Assembly: GCA_016926735.1 (NCBI GenBank) | Contig: JAFGOA010000036.1 | Location: forward strand, 1-64,000 | Reading direction: 5' to 3' | DNA: 64,000 nt | Source of the DNA: Promethearchaeota archaeon | GTDB taxonomy: Archaea; Asgardarchaeota; Lokiarchaeia; Sigyniarchaeales; SOKP01 | Shown here: positions 49,938-60,110 of the stretch, one piece after another | Layout: each line of letters begins with the position of its first letter | Numbering within the stretch: position 1 is the stretch's first letter | Notes under the pieces: generated by a model | The model's database searches: none | The model's input: only the letters and a program-made list of their open reading frames with translations | What the model was told of the DNA's origin: nothing | Made by a program: the position numbers and the translations under genes

Positions 49938-50501
49938 ATGAGTAATTCAAATATTGATATTGTTTTTAAAATATGTATTTTTGGGGATGGTGGTGTTGGT
50001 AAAACAACATTAATTAAGAGATATTTAACTGGTTTATTTGATGATTCTACAGCTATGACTATTGGATTAGATTTTCATACAAAAAGAATCAAAATTAAAG
50101 ATTTAAATATCGCACTTCAAGTATGGGATTTTGCTGGAGAAGAAAGATTTCGTTTTTTATTACCTTCTTATGTAGGAGGTGCAAATGGAGGATTATTTAT
50201 GTTTGATATTACTCGATTTACAAGTCTAAAAAACTTCCCTGATTGGTTAGAAATATTCAGAAATGGATATAATAAAAACAACAGTACAAATAATGTAGAT
50301 TTAAAACTACCCGTGATTATGGTAGGTGGAAAATCAGATCTAAATGATAGTCGAGCAGTTTCAATAGAGGATGCTGAGGAAATAGTGCAAAATGAAAATC
50401 TATATAGTTATATTGAATGTTCTTCAAAAACGGGTGAGAATATAGAGGAAATTTTTAATCAAATTGTATTATATCTGCTGAAAGTCTCAAATATATTTTA
50501 A
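49938..50501 (+). CDS. Rab-like small GTPase
   Basis: FKICIFGDGGVGKT, TIGLDF, LQVWDFAGEERF, GGKSDL, ECSSKTGENIEE.F; no C-terminal prenylation cysteines. Confidence 0.93.
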   Translation: MSNSNIDIVFKICIFGDGGVGKTTLIKRYLTGLFDDSTAMTIGLDFHTKRIKIKDLNIALQVWDFAGEERFRFLLPSYVGGANGGLFMFDITRFTSLKNFPDWLEIFRNGYNKNNSTNNVDLKLPVIMVGGKSDLNDSRAVSIEDAEEIVQNENLYSYIECSSKTGENIEEIFNQIVLYLLKVSNIF

Positions 50502-51139
50502 TGTGTATATTAGTTGAAAAAACAATACTCATTTGAATTATTATTATATTAATAATATATATTAAATTATTAATACAAAAATAATATATTGAAGTTTACT
50601 TTCTAATGTTCCATAATTTAATTCTAATTTATTTGTTTTTTAAATCAGAAAAGATTATAATAAACGTTCTATAAATTCATACAAGATTTTAAAACCACTA
50701 TTTCGTCTTAAGCGTTAAGGAGCGATATGTATCATCTTTCATAGACTATTTCCAATTATATTAGAGGAGATTGTCATTCTCCTTTTTTGTCGAAATCACT
50801 ATAATTATATTCATTGTTTTAGAGGGAATTTGATTAATTTTCTCCTTTGAATATGATGCTATTTAAATAATTTTCGATATAACTGATTTATATACAATTA
50901 AAAATGATAAATGTCTATTTTAATCAATAATTAGACTTATTCCCTTTTACAAAACATAGAATTTCTTCTATTCTTTTTTTGAACTTTATTGAGATTTTCT
51001 TTTTTTATATCAATGCGTTAATATTTTATTATTGTTATTAATTATGAAAATTACAAAGAAGATTAATAAACACCTTATTTATATATTATTATTAAGTTAG
51101 CATTAACTTTAGATTGAGATTAAAAGGTATTGGAATAAA

Positions 51140-51487
51140 GTGCCAATTGGTTCATTAGTTATTAAATGGGACACAAGAAGCGGAATTGATATTTTAGCAA
51201 AAAACCCAGAAAATATAGCTGATAAAATTTCAAAAAAAACTTTATTACAGCTTTATAATATGCATCAATATTTAGTAGATGAAGGAGTTGTATGGTTACA
51301 ACTAGATCATCTAAATCTTGTATCTTACTTTTCTGGAATTGATTTTTATTTTATAGTTGTTCTTAATATGCTTGAAAATCCTGAAGAATTTGAAGAAAAA
51401 ACCTTTTATTGTGGAAAAAAATTATCAGAATATACAGAAAATGATAATTTAAATGAAATAATGATAATGATGTGCAAGGATTTATAG
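51140..51487 (+). CDS. Small uDENN/longin-like domain protein
   Basis: GTG start; beta-rich N-terminus WD.RSG..ILAK.P, a helix, three strands and a helix; fold call is tentative. Confidence 0.5.
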   Translation: MPIGSLVIKWDTRSGIDILAKNPENIADKISKKTLLQLYNMHQYLVDEGVVWLQLDHLNLVSYFSGIDFYFIVVLNMLENPEEFEEKTFYCGKKLSEYTENDNLNEIMIMMCKDL

Positions 51488-51511
51488 CTATAGCACTAAT
51501 TTTTTGATATC

Positions 51512-52354
51512 CTAAGATATAAATATATCATCTAATTTTTCTATAATAAGATTTGGTAATAGATCTTTATCATTTTCTGCATTATTTAATGTAATTCTTA
51601 TATTTTCTATTTCGCTTCTAGTCGTAACACCTGTTAGAACAGCTATAGTAGTAATACCTGCTCTATTACCCGCTAAGATATCAGTATTGAGTCGATCTCC
51701 AATCATAACCGCATATTCTTTCATTAACGAATTATCTTCTAATATCTTATTAATACCAAATGGATTTGGTTTTCCATAAATCACTTTTGGATATTTACCA
51801 GTACAAGTAGTAACAGCATTTACCATTACACCTGCTCCGGGTTTAATTCCTTTTTCTACAGGCAAAGTTGAGTCTGAATTAGTCGCGATAAATTCGGCCC
51901 CTTTTTCAAGTATACATTTCTGAGCAGAATATAATTTATTATATGTTAGATCTCGATCAAGACCAACTACCACATAATCTACATTATCAACTTCCTCATC
52001 TTCCTTTAAAATAATGTGTCCACTATTCTCTAATTCTTTTTTTAATCCTATCTCTCCAATTACAAATACTTTAGAATTTTTCTTCATTTTTGTTATCTCA
52101 GAAGTGGTAATTGAAGCGCTTGTATAAAAATCTGAAATTTTACTTTCTATTCCTAATTTATTTAATTTATCTACATACATTTCACGAGTTATCGTTGAAT
52201 TATTTGTATTATATATAACTTTAATGGACATTTCTCTTAATTCCTTGATGATTTTATTAACATTTTCTATTAATTTTTTACCTCTATAAATTACCCCATC
52301 TAAATCAAATATAAAAAGTTTTTTCTTCTTTAAATCATCAATTAATTCTCGCAT
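51512..52354 (-). CDS. HAD-IIA hydrolase (NagD-like)
   Basis: FDLDGVIY, TNNS, ATN.D, GKP, MIGDRLNTDI, VLTG. Confidence 0.93.
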   Translation of the reverse strand: MRELIDDLKKKKLFIFDLDGVIYRGKKLIENVNKIIKELREMSIKVIYNTNNSTITREMYVDKLNKLGIESKISDFYTSASITTSEITKMKKNSKVFVIGEIGLKKELENSGHIILKEDEEVDNVDYVVVGLDRDLTYNKLYSAQKCILEKGAEFIATNSDSTLPVEKGIKPGAGVMVNAVTTCTGKYPKVIYGKPNPFGINKILEDNSLMKEYAVMIGDRLNTDILAGNRAGITTIAVLTGVTTRSEIENIRITLNNAENDKDLLPNLIIEKLDDIFIS

Positions 52355-52449
52355 AGTTATTTAAAATAATAATAACTGATATTAAAAGATAATTAGAACA
52401 CAAAATATCTTTAACTCTGCTAAATAAAAAGAATAATAATAAAAATTAT

Positions 52450-53589
52450 TTATAAAAATCCAATGGGTAAGTTAAAGACATAATAAAAAATAGTAATACC
52501 AAGGGTTATAAGAATTGGATTTAATATATTATCTGCTATATATGTTGGAAAAAAATCAAGCAAAAAGAATATGATTGCAGCAATTATCGCATATATAGGT
52601 CCTACAGTAAATACCCCTATTAAATATGCACTACCTACTCCTGCAATAAAACCTTCAACAGTTTTTTTCTGACCTCTTGGACAATTGATCCTATATTTAC
52701 CTAATCCCCTTCCAACTAAAGCAGCAGCAGCATCAGAAAAACATGCTATTAAAATTCCTGCAGTAAGAGCATTTAAAGGAACTATACCCTCTAAATACAA
52801 GATATAAGAAAATATAGCTCCAGCCAATAAATATATTTGAGGCCCAACTGCATTATATTCCTCATTTCGTAGCACTGAGCGTGTTAAAAAATTTAACATA
52901 GAATATTCTGGTCCCCATAATATTCTTATCAATTCAGATACAATTGTAAATACTAATATAGCAATAAAAGCAAATAACGTAATATATTGTATCGCAATAA
53001 AATCACCTATTGCATATGGATATGTTGATATATCCCCCCAAAGAAAATTATATGTAGGTTCAGTGGTTTTTATAAAATAGATTATACCTTCATTTACCAT
53101 TCCTGCTAGAGGAGGGAATATCATATAAATTCCATAAATTGCAAAAATGAACAAAAGTCCACCTAAATGAAAGGTTTTTCTAATTAATTCCATTTTTATG
53201 GAGATTTGTTCTCTATATGGGCTTTCTTTTTTCATTGCAATAATATATCTTTTAATAAGAGAGAGATCTTTTATGTTATTTGATACTTTATCAAAATCTA
53301 TTTTTTTACTGATTTTAGAGATTAATAGACTAAAACTTAGAAAAACTATCAACATAATTCCAATCCACCATACCATAAATCCATTGTAAGGATAATGGGC
53401 TAATCCTTTGATTGAATTATAATAAGCAAAAAAAATAAATAAGAAAGCACATACCAAAGTAGAACTACTTCCATATCTATTTTCTTTATATCCCTTATAA
53501 GCAATATAAAACATAAGAAATGATAATATAAAGAAGAAATAAGTTAATGTTGTATTATAGAGTTCTGGTATAATATTCAAATTAATCAT
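52450..53589 (-). CDS. CTP-dependent polyprenol/diacylglycerol kinase family (dolichol/phytol kinase-like) with extra N-terminal TMs
   Basis: ELIRKTFH, LR.EE, SDAAAALVGR..GK, KKTVEG, DNI..P. Confidence 0.82.
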   Translation of the reverse strand: MINLNIIPELYNTTLTYFFFILSFLMFYIAYKGYKENRYGSSSTLVCAFLFIFFAYYNSIKGLAHYPYNGFMVWWIGIMLIVFLSFSLLISKISKKIDFDKVSNNIKDLSLIKRYIIAMKKESPYREQISIKMELIRKTFHLGGLLFIFAIYGIYMIFPPLAGMVNEGIIYFIKTTEPTYNFLWGDISTYPYAIGDFIAIQYITLFAFIAILVFTIVSELIRILWGPEYSMLNFLTRSVLRNEEYNAVGPQIYLLAGAIFSYILYLEGIVPLNALTAGILIACFSDAAAALVGRGLGKYRINCPRGQKKTVEGFIAGVGSAYLIGVFTVGPIYAIIAAIIFFLLDFFPTYIADNILNPILITLGITIFYYVFNLPIGFL

Positions 53590-53678
53590 ATATTCTCTTG
53601 ATTCTATTAATATTATATTGAATATTATATCCTATAATTATTCTTCGGAATATTCTATTAAAATAAGTAGATCTCTAG

Positions 53679-54746
53679 ATGATAAAAATTGAAAATAAAA
53701 AAATGAATTTACTTAATACTCTTATGAGAATAGAAAGCAATGAAATACCTGTTTATTGTACGGGATATCCAAAAGAGAGTTTTATGAAATTATATCAAAA
53801 TAAATATAACATAATCTCTGAAAATAACAATATGTTTATTCTAAAAGGAAAAGATTATTCTCTTATTGATAAAATGGGATTTGATGCTATTTCAATCTGG
53901 GACTTTAGAAGAGGCATAGGAGGGTATAGACTTGATTTTCGAACAGAAATAGATGGATGGGGGAGAATTATGACAAATAATTGGTATACTTGGGATGGCG
54001 TCTTCAAAGATGAAAAAATAATTAATAATTGGAATCATTTAACCTTACCTTCAGAAAGGGATTTAATATTATTAGCTCGATTTCTTAGGTATAACAATAA
54101 GATGGGTTATGTCTTATCTTTACCCGGATTATTTGAAAAAACCTGGCAATCTATGGGATTTATCTTTTTTTCCAAATGTTTAAAAAAAAACATTGAATTC
54201 ATTAGAAGAATTATTGATTTTTTTTATGATTATATAATAAAATTAATAAAACTCCTACAGAAATATGGCGTCAATATTTTTTTAATTGCAGATGATCTTG
54301 GTTATAATAATCGTTCATTTATTCAGAAGAATATATTTTTTCAATTATTTTTAGATAAATACAAAAATCTTGTGAATTTTATTCATGATAACAAGAATTA
54401 TGTAATTATTCATTCTGATGGATATATATCAAATTTTGTTGATCTTTTAATTGATATTGGATTTGATGGGATACAAAGTATTGAACCTAATGCCGGTAAT
54501 AATATATTTGAACTTTTTAGGAAATTCGGTGATAAAATCTGTTTTATTGGTAATCTTGATAATGGAAAATATTTAACTTTTGGGACCACCTTAGAAGTTA
54601 GACAATATGCAGAAAAATTGATAAAAAAAGCGAAAAAATATAATTCTTTTCTAATAATATCTCCTACCCAACAAATTAATGAAATTACTCGTCCAGAAAA
54701 TATATATCATATGATAAAAATTACAAAATTACAATCTCGTAATTGA
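53679..54746 (+). CDS. Uroporphyrinogen decarboxylase/MtaA-like family protein
   Basis: DGWGR, FE..W..MG, ADDLG, HSDG, IG.DG..SIEP.AG, ICFIGNLD. Confidence 0.82.
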   Translation: MIKIENKKMNLLNTLMRIESNEIPVYCTGYPKESFMKLYQNKYNIISENNNMFILKGKDYSLIDKMGFDAISIWDFRRGIGGYRLDFRTEIDGWGRIMTNNWYTWDGVFKDEKIINNWNHLTLPSERDLILLARFLRYNNKMGYVLSLPGLFEKTWQSMGFIFFSKCLKKNIEFIRRIIDFFYDYIIKLIKLLQKYGVNIFLIADDLGYNNRSFIQKNIFFQLFLDKYKNLVNFIHDNKNYVIIHSDGYISNFVDLLIDIGFDGIQSIEPNAGNNIFELFRKFGDKICFIGNLDNGKYLTFGTTLEVRQYAEKLIKKAKKYNSFLIISPTQQINEITRPENIYHMIKITKLQSRN

Positions 54747-54983
54747 AATTAAATATTTCACACATAAAGGTTTTTTTTAAATCAGATTGATATGAAAAAT
54801 TATTTATTTTTTTTTTGTCATTAAAATTTATAAAATTAATAATCTAATAATATATTCAAATCAAAAAAAATAAAAGATATAATAAAAATTAAATAATATC
54901 AATCTAAGTTTAAATATAACTTTTAATGTTATAATATTATAACTTTATTATTCAAATTAAATAATTATTGGAGTTATTTTCTC

Positions 54984-55355
54984 ATGGCACAATCAACAGG
55001 AGGAACACTTGATAGTATACTGAAGCAATTACTAGCTTCTATTCCAGAAGTCAAATCTGCAGCTATTGTATCCGTTGAAGGGCTTCCTATTGCCTCAGCT
55101 CTTCCACAAGGAGTAGATGAAACTCGTATTGCTGCTATGACGGCTGCAATCCTTTCCCTCGGAGAAAGGGCAGCCCATGAAATGCAAAAGGGAGATTTAG
55201 AACAAATAATGGTTAAAGGAAGCGATGGGGTACTTTTAGTATTAGCTGCGGGCCCAAATGCGGTTTTAACTGTCTCTACAACAAAAGATGTGAGATTAGG
55301 ATTAATATTTCTCGACTGTAAGAGAACTTGTGAGAAAATAGCAAAATTAATATAA
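54984..55355 (+). CDS. Roadblock/LC7 (MglB-like) protein
   Basis: AAIVSVEGLPIASALP, RIAAMTAAILSLGERA, G.LEQIMVKG..G, LGLIFLD. Confidence 0.93.
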   Translation: MAQSTGGTLDSILKQLLASIPEVKSAAIVSVEGLPIASALPQGVDETRIAAMTAAILSLGERAAHEMQKGDLEQIMVKGSDGVLLVLAAGPNAVLTVSTTKDVRLGLIFLDCKRTCEKIAKLI

Positions 55356-55604
55356 CTCTTTGATTAAATCACTATTTTAAGAAATCCCCTTCTGTTCTGT
55401 AATTCTTTTTTTTTTGATTAAAATACGGAAATTATAGGAGATAATTCTCGATTAATTGTTATAAATTAATAATCATTAAGGGAGGAATAATTTTTATTAA
55501 TAAATTACTATTTTAGAAACATTACTAATATATTAATTAAATTTTCTGTTTAAAAACATAAATAATTTTATTATAATTCACCTTAAATCGTTTATCTTGT
55601 AAAA

Positions 55605-58600
55605 ATGTGTGCTGAAAATTTTAGTAAACAACTGATCTCAAGATTTGCTGAACTGGAGTGTGAAAGACAATTATTTTTAGACATAGCTCGTAAATTTCCT
55701 GAGAAATGGTATATTGATCAAAGAAAAATTGAACCGGCCAAACATATTCGTAAAAAGGTTGAATTATTAAAAAGATTAGGAAAAGAATATGAGGATATTG
55801 TTTATTCTTATTTGTTAAAACTAGAAGGTGTACAATATAATGACAGTGGCCCAAGAATAGTTGAGGATACCTATCTTAATCCTTTTTTATTTAAACAATT
55901 ATATGAAGAGAAGAAAAAAGCTCATAATATAGATTTTATATTACTTGAATTTCAATATGAAATACCTGAATCATTTTTTCTCGATCTCTTTCCTTTAAAA
56001 AACAAAAATGATACAATACCTGTAAGTTATGCGGAACAAAGACCTGATATTATAGTTATAGGAAATTCTCTATGTAAAAATCAAGATTCTATTTTTGAAT
56101 TAAAACCTAAAGGAATAATTAGAGAAGTTCCTAAAGAAGAATTAAACTATCGATATGGAATAAATATTATTGATATTAAAAATGTAAGAGAAGACCACAT
56201 TGGAAAAAAACAATTTGTAGAGATTTTCTATTATCTTTATACCTTAAGTTATTATTTAGAGAATTATAATTTAGAGAAAAAATTCTTTATTAATATCGAA
56301 TTCAATGGAATTTTTCCCAAATATGATAATAAAATTTTAAAAGATATTCATTATCTAAATGATATTATAGATTTAACAATTTTAATTCATTGGAAAGAAT
56401 CACATCAACTTTTTGTGGATATTATCGAAAAGATTAAGAATTTATGGTTAAAATCTCCAGTTTTAATTGATTCTATACCTGTGAATATTCAAACAAATTG
56501 TGGTTATTGTTTTTTCTTAGAGGATTGTAAAAAAACACTCGGATTTGATGGTATAAAAGAACCTAAAGATTGGTCATTAAAATTGTTACCGCACACATCT
56601 AATTCTATTTCCCAAAAATTAATTGAAATGAACTTTAATACTATTGCTGATGTTGCGAATAATATATATAAAATACCCATCAGTAGTACTCCTGAACCTA
56701 TATATTCAGAAATACCTCTTCTAGAATTAAGAGCTAAATCTCTTTTATTGAATGAAGAAATTAATCCAAAATCAGGACTTATTTATACTTATTCACTCCC
56801 TAAATTTTCATCTTTCTCAGTTATTTTTGCAGTAGAAACTGATCCGGCTAATGAAAGAGTGTATGCAGCAGGTTTTCTTGTTGAAATGACAACTTCACCA
56901 AATGCCCCCTTTAGCACAGTATTTGATAATTGGTGGTCTATTTGGAAAAGATCAATGATTAACAATACATCCCTTTCAGAAATTCAAAATGATCTAAATA
57001 GATATCTTATAAGAGAAATATCAATAGAAGAGGTTAGTTGGTTTTTCAATCTTCTCAAAAAACTAAAAAATATGATTATACTTCTAAATGGTGAAGAAAC
57101 AAAAAAAGGAAAAAAAAGAAAATCTACGTATGTTTTATATCAAATTTCTGCTGTTAATGAAGATCATACAAATAAGTCTGAAGCAAAATTTACGAAAGAA
57201 GTAATAAAAAAACTTCATTATATCCTTGAGTTATGTAATACCGTGGAAAATTACGTAGTTGTTGAAGGTTTAAATTCAGGGGATTATTATGGACCATCAA
57301 CTAGCTTTTTTTATTGGTCTAAGAGACAATTAGATAATTTTCAAGATATGTTGGAAAGAAATTTAGAGGAGATAGTCAAAGATATTCCTATATTCCGAAA
57401 ATATCTCAAGATTTTATTTTTGTTTAATCCTTCTGACTCAGAGGTTACCAATCCATACCAACCAAAAAAATTATTTAATGTTCAAAAGTTTTGTGAAACA
57501 ATTTTAGGAGTCCCTCTTATTATTGGTTATACTTGGCATGAAATTGCATATAAACAATTGGGATTACGTTCTAATAAAGATTATTGGATTCCTCATTTTA
57601 ATTATATGGATTTCAATAATTGGTATGAAATGATATTAGAAGAAGATCCAAATAAGGTTGAAGAAATTAAAAATGAAATACGTAAACAAATTATGCATAA
57701 AATCAGAACAATTAATCGGCTTAGATTTAAATTTCAAACTGAAAGTAAACATGTAATTTCTAAACATGCCAATATTATTAGTAGAAATGTGATAAAAAGA
57801 ACAATTTTAACCTCTGATTTTCATCCTATCGCAAAAGTTTGGTATTTATTCTCAAGATTAACAGGTGCTATAGATCAAATTGAAAAAACAGAAATTCGTA
57901 CTACTTATCCTGAATTCAGTATAGGTAAAATGGATGCTGCTAAAGTTAGTAATCTAAAATTGCATAAAATAAGTAATAAAACATACAATACATTTGAATT
58001 AAAGGACTTATCCAGTAATATGAAAATTGATATTGGTGATAGATTACTATTGATTCCAGAGTTTAAAAGAGATATTAGCTCTAATAGACGATTATTTCCT
58101 TGGATAATTACTATAGATGAAATATTATGGTCCTCAAAAATTAATGGATATAGAGTAAAAACTAAACTTATTTTTAGTGAGAATAAAGGAGAAGATAAAA
58201 TAAATGAACTTAAATTTGCAAATATAGAGACTCTAGATTGGTATCTATATCCTTTATCATTAGATGCTTGGTCAAGTAAATTATATAGCAATAATGGTTT
58301 ATTAGAAAGAAATAATATTGGAAAATCATGGCTTGGCCATCTACTATCATATATATGGAATATTCAATCAAAAGACAAATTAAAATGGCCTGAGAACTGG
58401 GTTTTTTCTGGACCTTCTGTCTATCTATACACGCCACTCCAATTGAATAGAATTAAAGATAAAAATACAAAATTAGATAGTGTAGATTTATTATCTAAAA
58501 TTTATCCGAATCCAGATCCATCACAAAAAAAAGCTATTAATTTAGTATTAGAAAATATAATATCTGCCATTCAGGGACCACCTGGAACAGGAAAATCTCA

Positions 58601-60092
58601 GACAATTACAACTTTAATTGATGAATACTATGAAAGATGTTTATTAAATAAAAAACATTCAATACGGATATTGATAACTGCATTCTCTTATGCGGCTCTA
58701 AGAGTTATAATAGACAAAATTCGAAATGCTAAAGATACTTTTGGTAATCCCACAAGTATATCCAAGCTTCAAATGGTCTTTTTAAGATCAAAATACCAAA
58801 AACCTATTAAAAATAAAAATGATGAGAGAAAAGTTGATGATCTTGTACGTGTTGGAAATTCATGGAAATTTAATGAGGAATCACGTATAGTCACAAATAC
58901 AAATCCTCTTGAAAACTCCTTGGAAGATAATTTTATTATGTTTGCAAATGCTCATCAATTATATTATTTACCTGAACGAGTTAAAGATAATTTTTATTTT
59001 GATTTAATATGTGTTGATGAAGCAAGTCAACTCCCTGTTGATTATTTTATATCAAGTTTACAATTTTTAAAAAATAAGAAATTTTTTATGAAAGAACCAG
59101 AAAAGACATTAAAAACTAAAATTGAGTCAAAAAATAATGAAATTCTTGGAGAACTAGAATTAAATTATGATGAAGATATAATTCCTACAAAAGTAATTAT
59201 TGTAGGGGATTATAATCAATTACCTCCTGTTCAACCTGTGCCTCCTCCTAAAAACCTCAAAATAATATTAGAAAGTCTTTTTGCTTATTATGTTAAAAAT
59301 CACAAAATTCCTAATGTACAACTCCAAATAAATTACAGATCGAATAGAGATATTGTGGAATATACATCCCAACTTGGTGTCTATAAGAATTTGAATGTAG
59401 ATAAAAAAAATATTAACAAATTACTTTTAGGTGATTTAGAAAGAGTTAAAAAAGATTGGGTTAAAAAAATGTTAGATCCAAAAAAAGCAGTTATCACTAT
59501 AATACATAATAGAAATTATGAGATTGGAATAAGTACTTTAGAATCTAAAATTGTAGTAAATCTCCTTAAAGGTTATTTTTCGATGATTAATCCTAAAAAT
59601 GAAGAAGAGGAAAGAATATTTTGGAAAGAGTATGTAGGAGTTGTAGCACCTCATAATGCTCAAGGAAGATTAATTATTCGGCAGATACACGATGAATTAA
59701 CAAATAATATTGAGCCTATTTCAAATCTTGAACATTCAGAGTTAATGTTCCTATTAAAAAACTCTATTTATTCCGTAGAAAAATTTCAAGGTTCTGATAG
59801 AGAACTAATCATTTCATCAATTGGCCTTTCAGATCGAGATCAAATCTCTGCTGAAAGTGAATTTATTTATGATCTTAATAGATTCAATGTTCTTACTTCA
59901 AGAGCAAAGTCTAAAATTATTTTAATAGCTAGTAAAAGATTTCTTAAATTTATTCCCAATAATAGAGAAATTATGAAAGAAGCTGCTCAAATAAGAAGAT
60001 TTGCGTACGAATATTGTAATAATTTTATAAATATTCAATTAAAAAATGAAAAAAATAAGAATGAAAAAGTACAATTAAGATATAAACATTAA
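55605..60092 (+). CDS. Dna2-like PD-(D/E)XK Fe-S nuclease / SF1B (Upf1/Dna2) helicase fusion
   Basis: N-terminal C20, RPDII, IIDIK, CGYCFFLEDC; helicase motifs SQKKA, QGPPGTGKS, VDEASQ, VGDYNQLPP, NYRS, SVEKFQGSDRE, NRFNVLTSRAK. Confidence 0.85.
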   Translation: MCAENFSKQLISRFAELECERQLFLDIARKFPEKWYIDQRKIEPAKHIRKKVELLKRLGKEYEDIVYSYLLKLEGVQYNDSGPRIVEDTYLNPFLFKQLYEEKKKAHNIDFILLEFQYEIPESFFLDLFPLKNKNDTIPVSYAEQRPDIIVIGNSLCKNQDSIFELKPKGIIREVPKEELNYRYGINIIDIKNVREDHIGKKQFVEIFYYLYTLSYYLENYNLEKKFFINIEFNGIFPKYDNKILKDIHYLNDIIDLTILIHWKESHQLFVDIIEKIKNLWLKSPVLIDSIPVNIQTNCGYCFFLEDCKKTLGFDGIKEPKDWSLKLLPHTSNSISQKLIEMNFNTIADVANNIYKIPISSTPEPIYSEIPLLELRAKSLLLNEEINPKSGLIYTYSLPKFSSFSVIFAVETDPANERVYAAGFLVEMTTSPNAPFSTVFDNWWSIWKRSMINNTSLSEIQNDLNRYLIREISIEEVSWFFNLLKKLKNMIILLNGEETKKGKKRKSTYVLYQISAVNEDHTNKSEAKFTKEVIKKLHYILELCNTVENYVVVEGLNSGDYYGPSTSFFYWSKRQLDNFQDMLERNLEEIVKDIPIFRKYLKILFLFNPSDSEVTNPYQPKKLFNVQKFCETILGVPLIIGYTWHEIAYKQLGLRSNKDYWIPHFNYMDFNNWYEMILEEDPNKVEEIKNEIRKQIMHKIRTINRLRFKFQTESKHVISKHANIISRNVIKRTILTSDFHPIAKVWYLFSRLTGAIDQIEKTEIRTTYPEFSIGKMDAAKVSNLKLHKISNKTYNTFELKDLSSNMKIDIGDRLLLIPEFKRDISSNRRLFPWIITIDEILWSSKINGYRVKTKLIFSENKGEDKINELKFANIETLDWYLYPLSLDAWSSKLYSNNGLLERNNIGKSWLGHLLSYIWNIQSKDKLKWPENWVFSGPSVYLYTPLQLNRIKDKNTKLDSVDLLSKIYPNPDPSQKKAINLVLENIISAIQGPPGTGKSQTITTLIDEYYERCLLNKKHSIRILITAFSYAALRVIIDKIRNAKDTFGNPTSISKLQMVFLRSKYQKPIKNKNDERKVDDLVRVGNSWKFNEESRIVTNTNPLENSLEDNFIMFANAHQLYYLPERVKDNFYFDLICVDEASQLPVDYFISSLQFLKNKKFFMKEPEKTLKTKIESKNNEILGELELNYDEDIIPTKVIIVGDYNQLPPVQPVPPPKNLKIILESLFAYYVKNHKIPNVQLQINYRSNRDIVEYTSQLGVYKNLNVDKKNINKLLLGDLERVKKDWVKKMLDPKKAVITIIHNRNYEIGISTLESKIVVNLLKGYFSMINPKNEEEERIFWKEYVGVVAPHNAQGRLIIRQIHDELTNNIEPISNLEHSELMFLLKNSIYSVEKFQGSDRELIISSIGLSDRDQISAESEFIYDLNRFNVLTSRAKSKIILIASKRFLKFIPNNREIMKEAAQIRRFAYEYCNNFINIQLKNEKNKNEKVQLRYKH

Positions 60093-60110
60093 ATTTACTT
60101 TGAGAATTAT

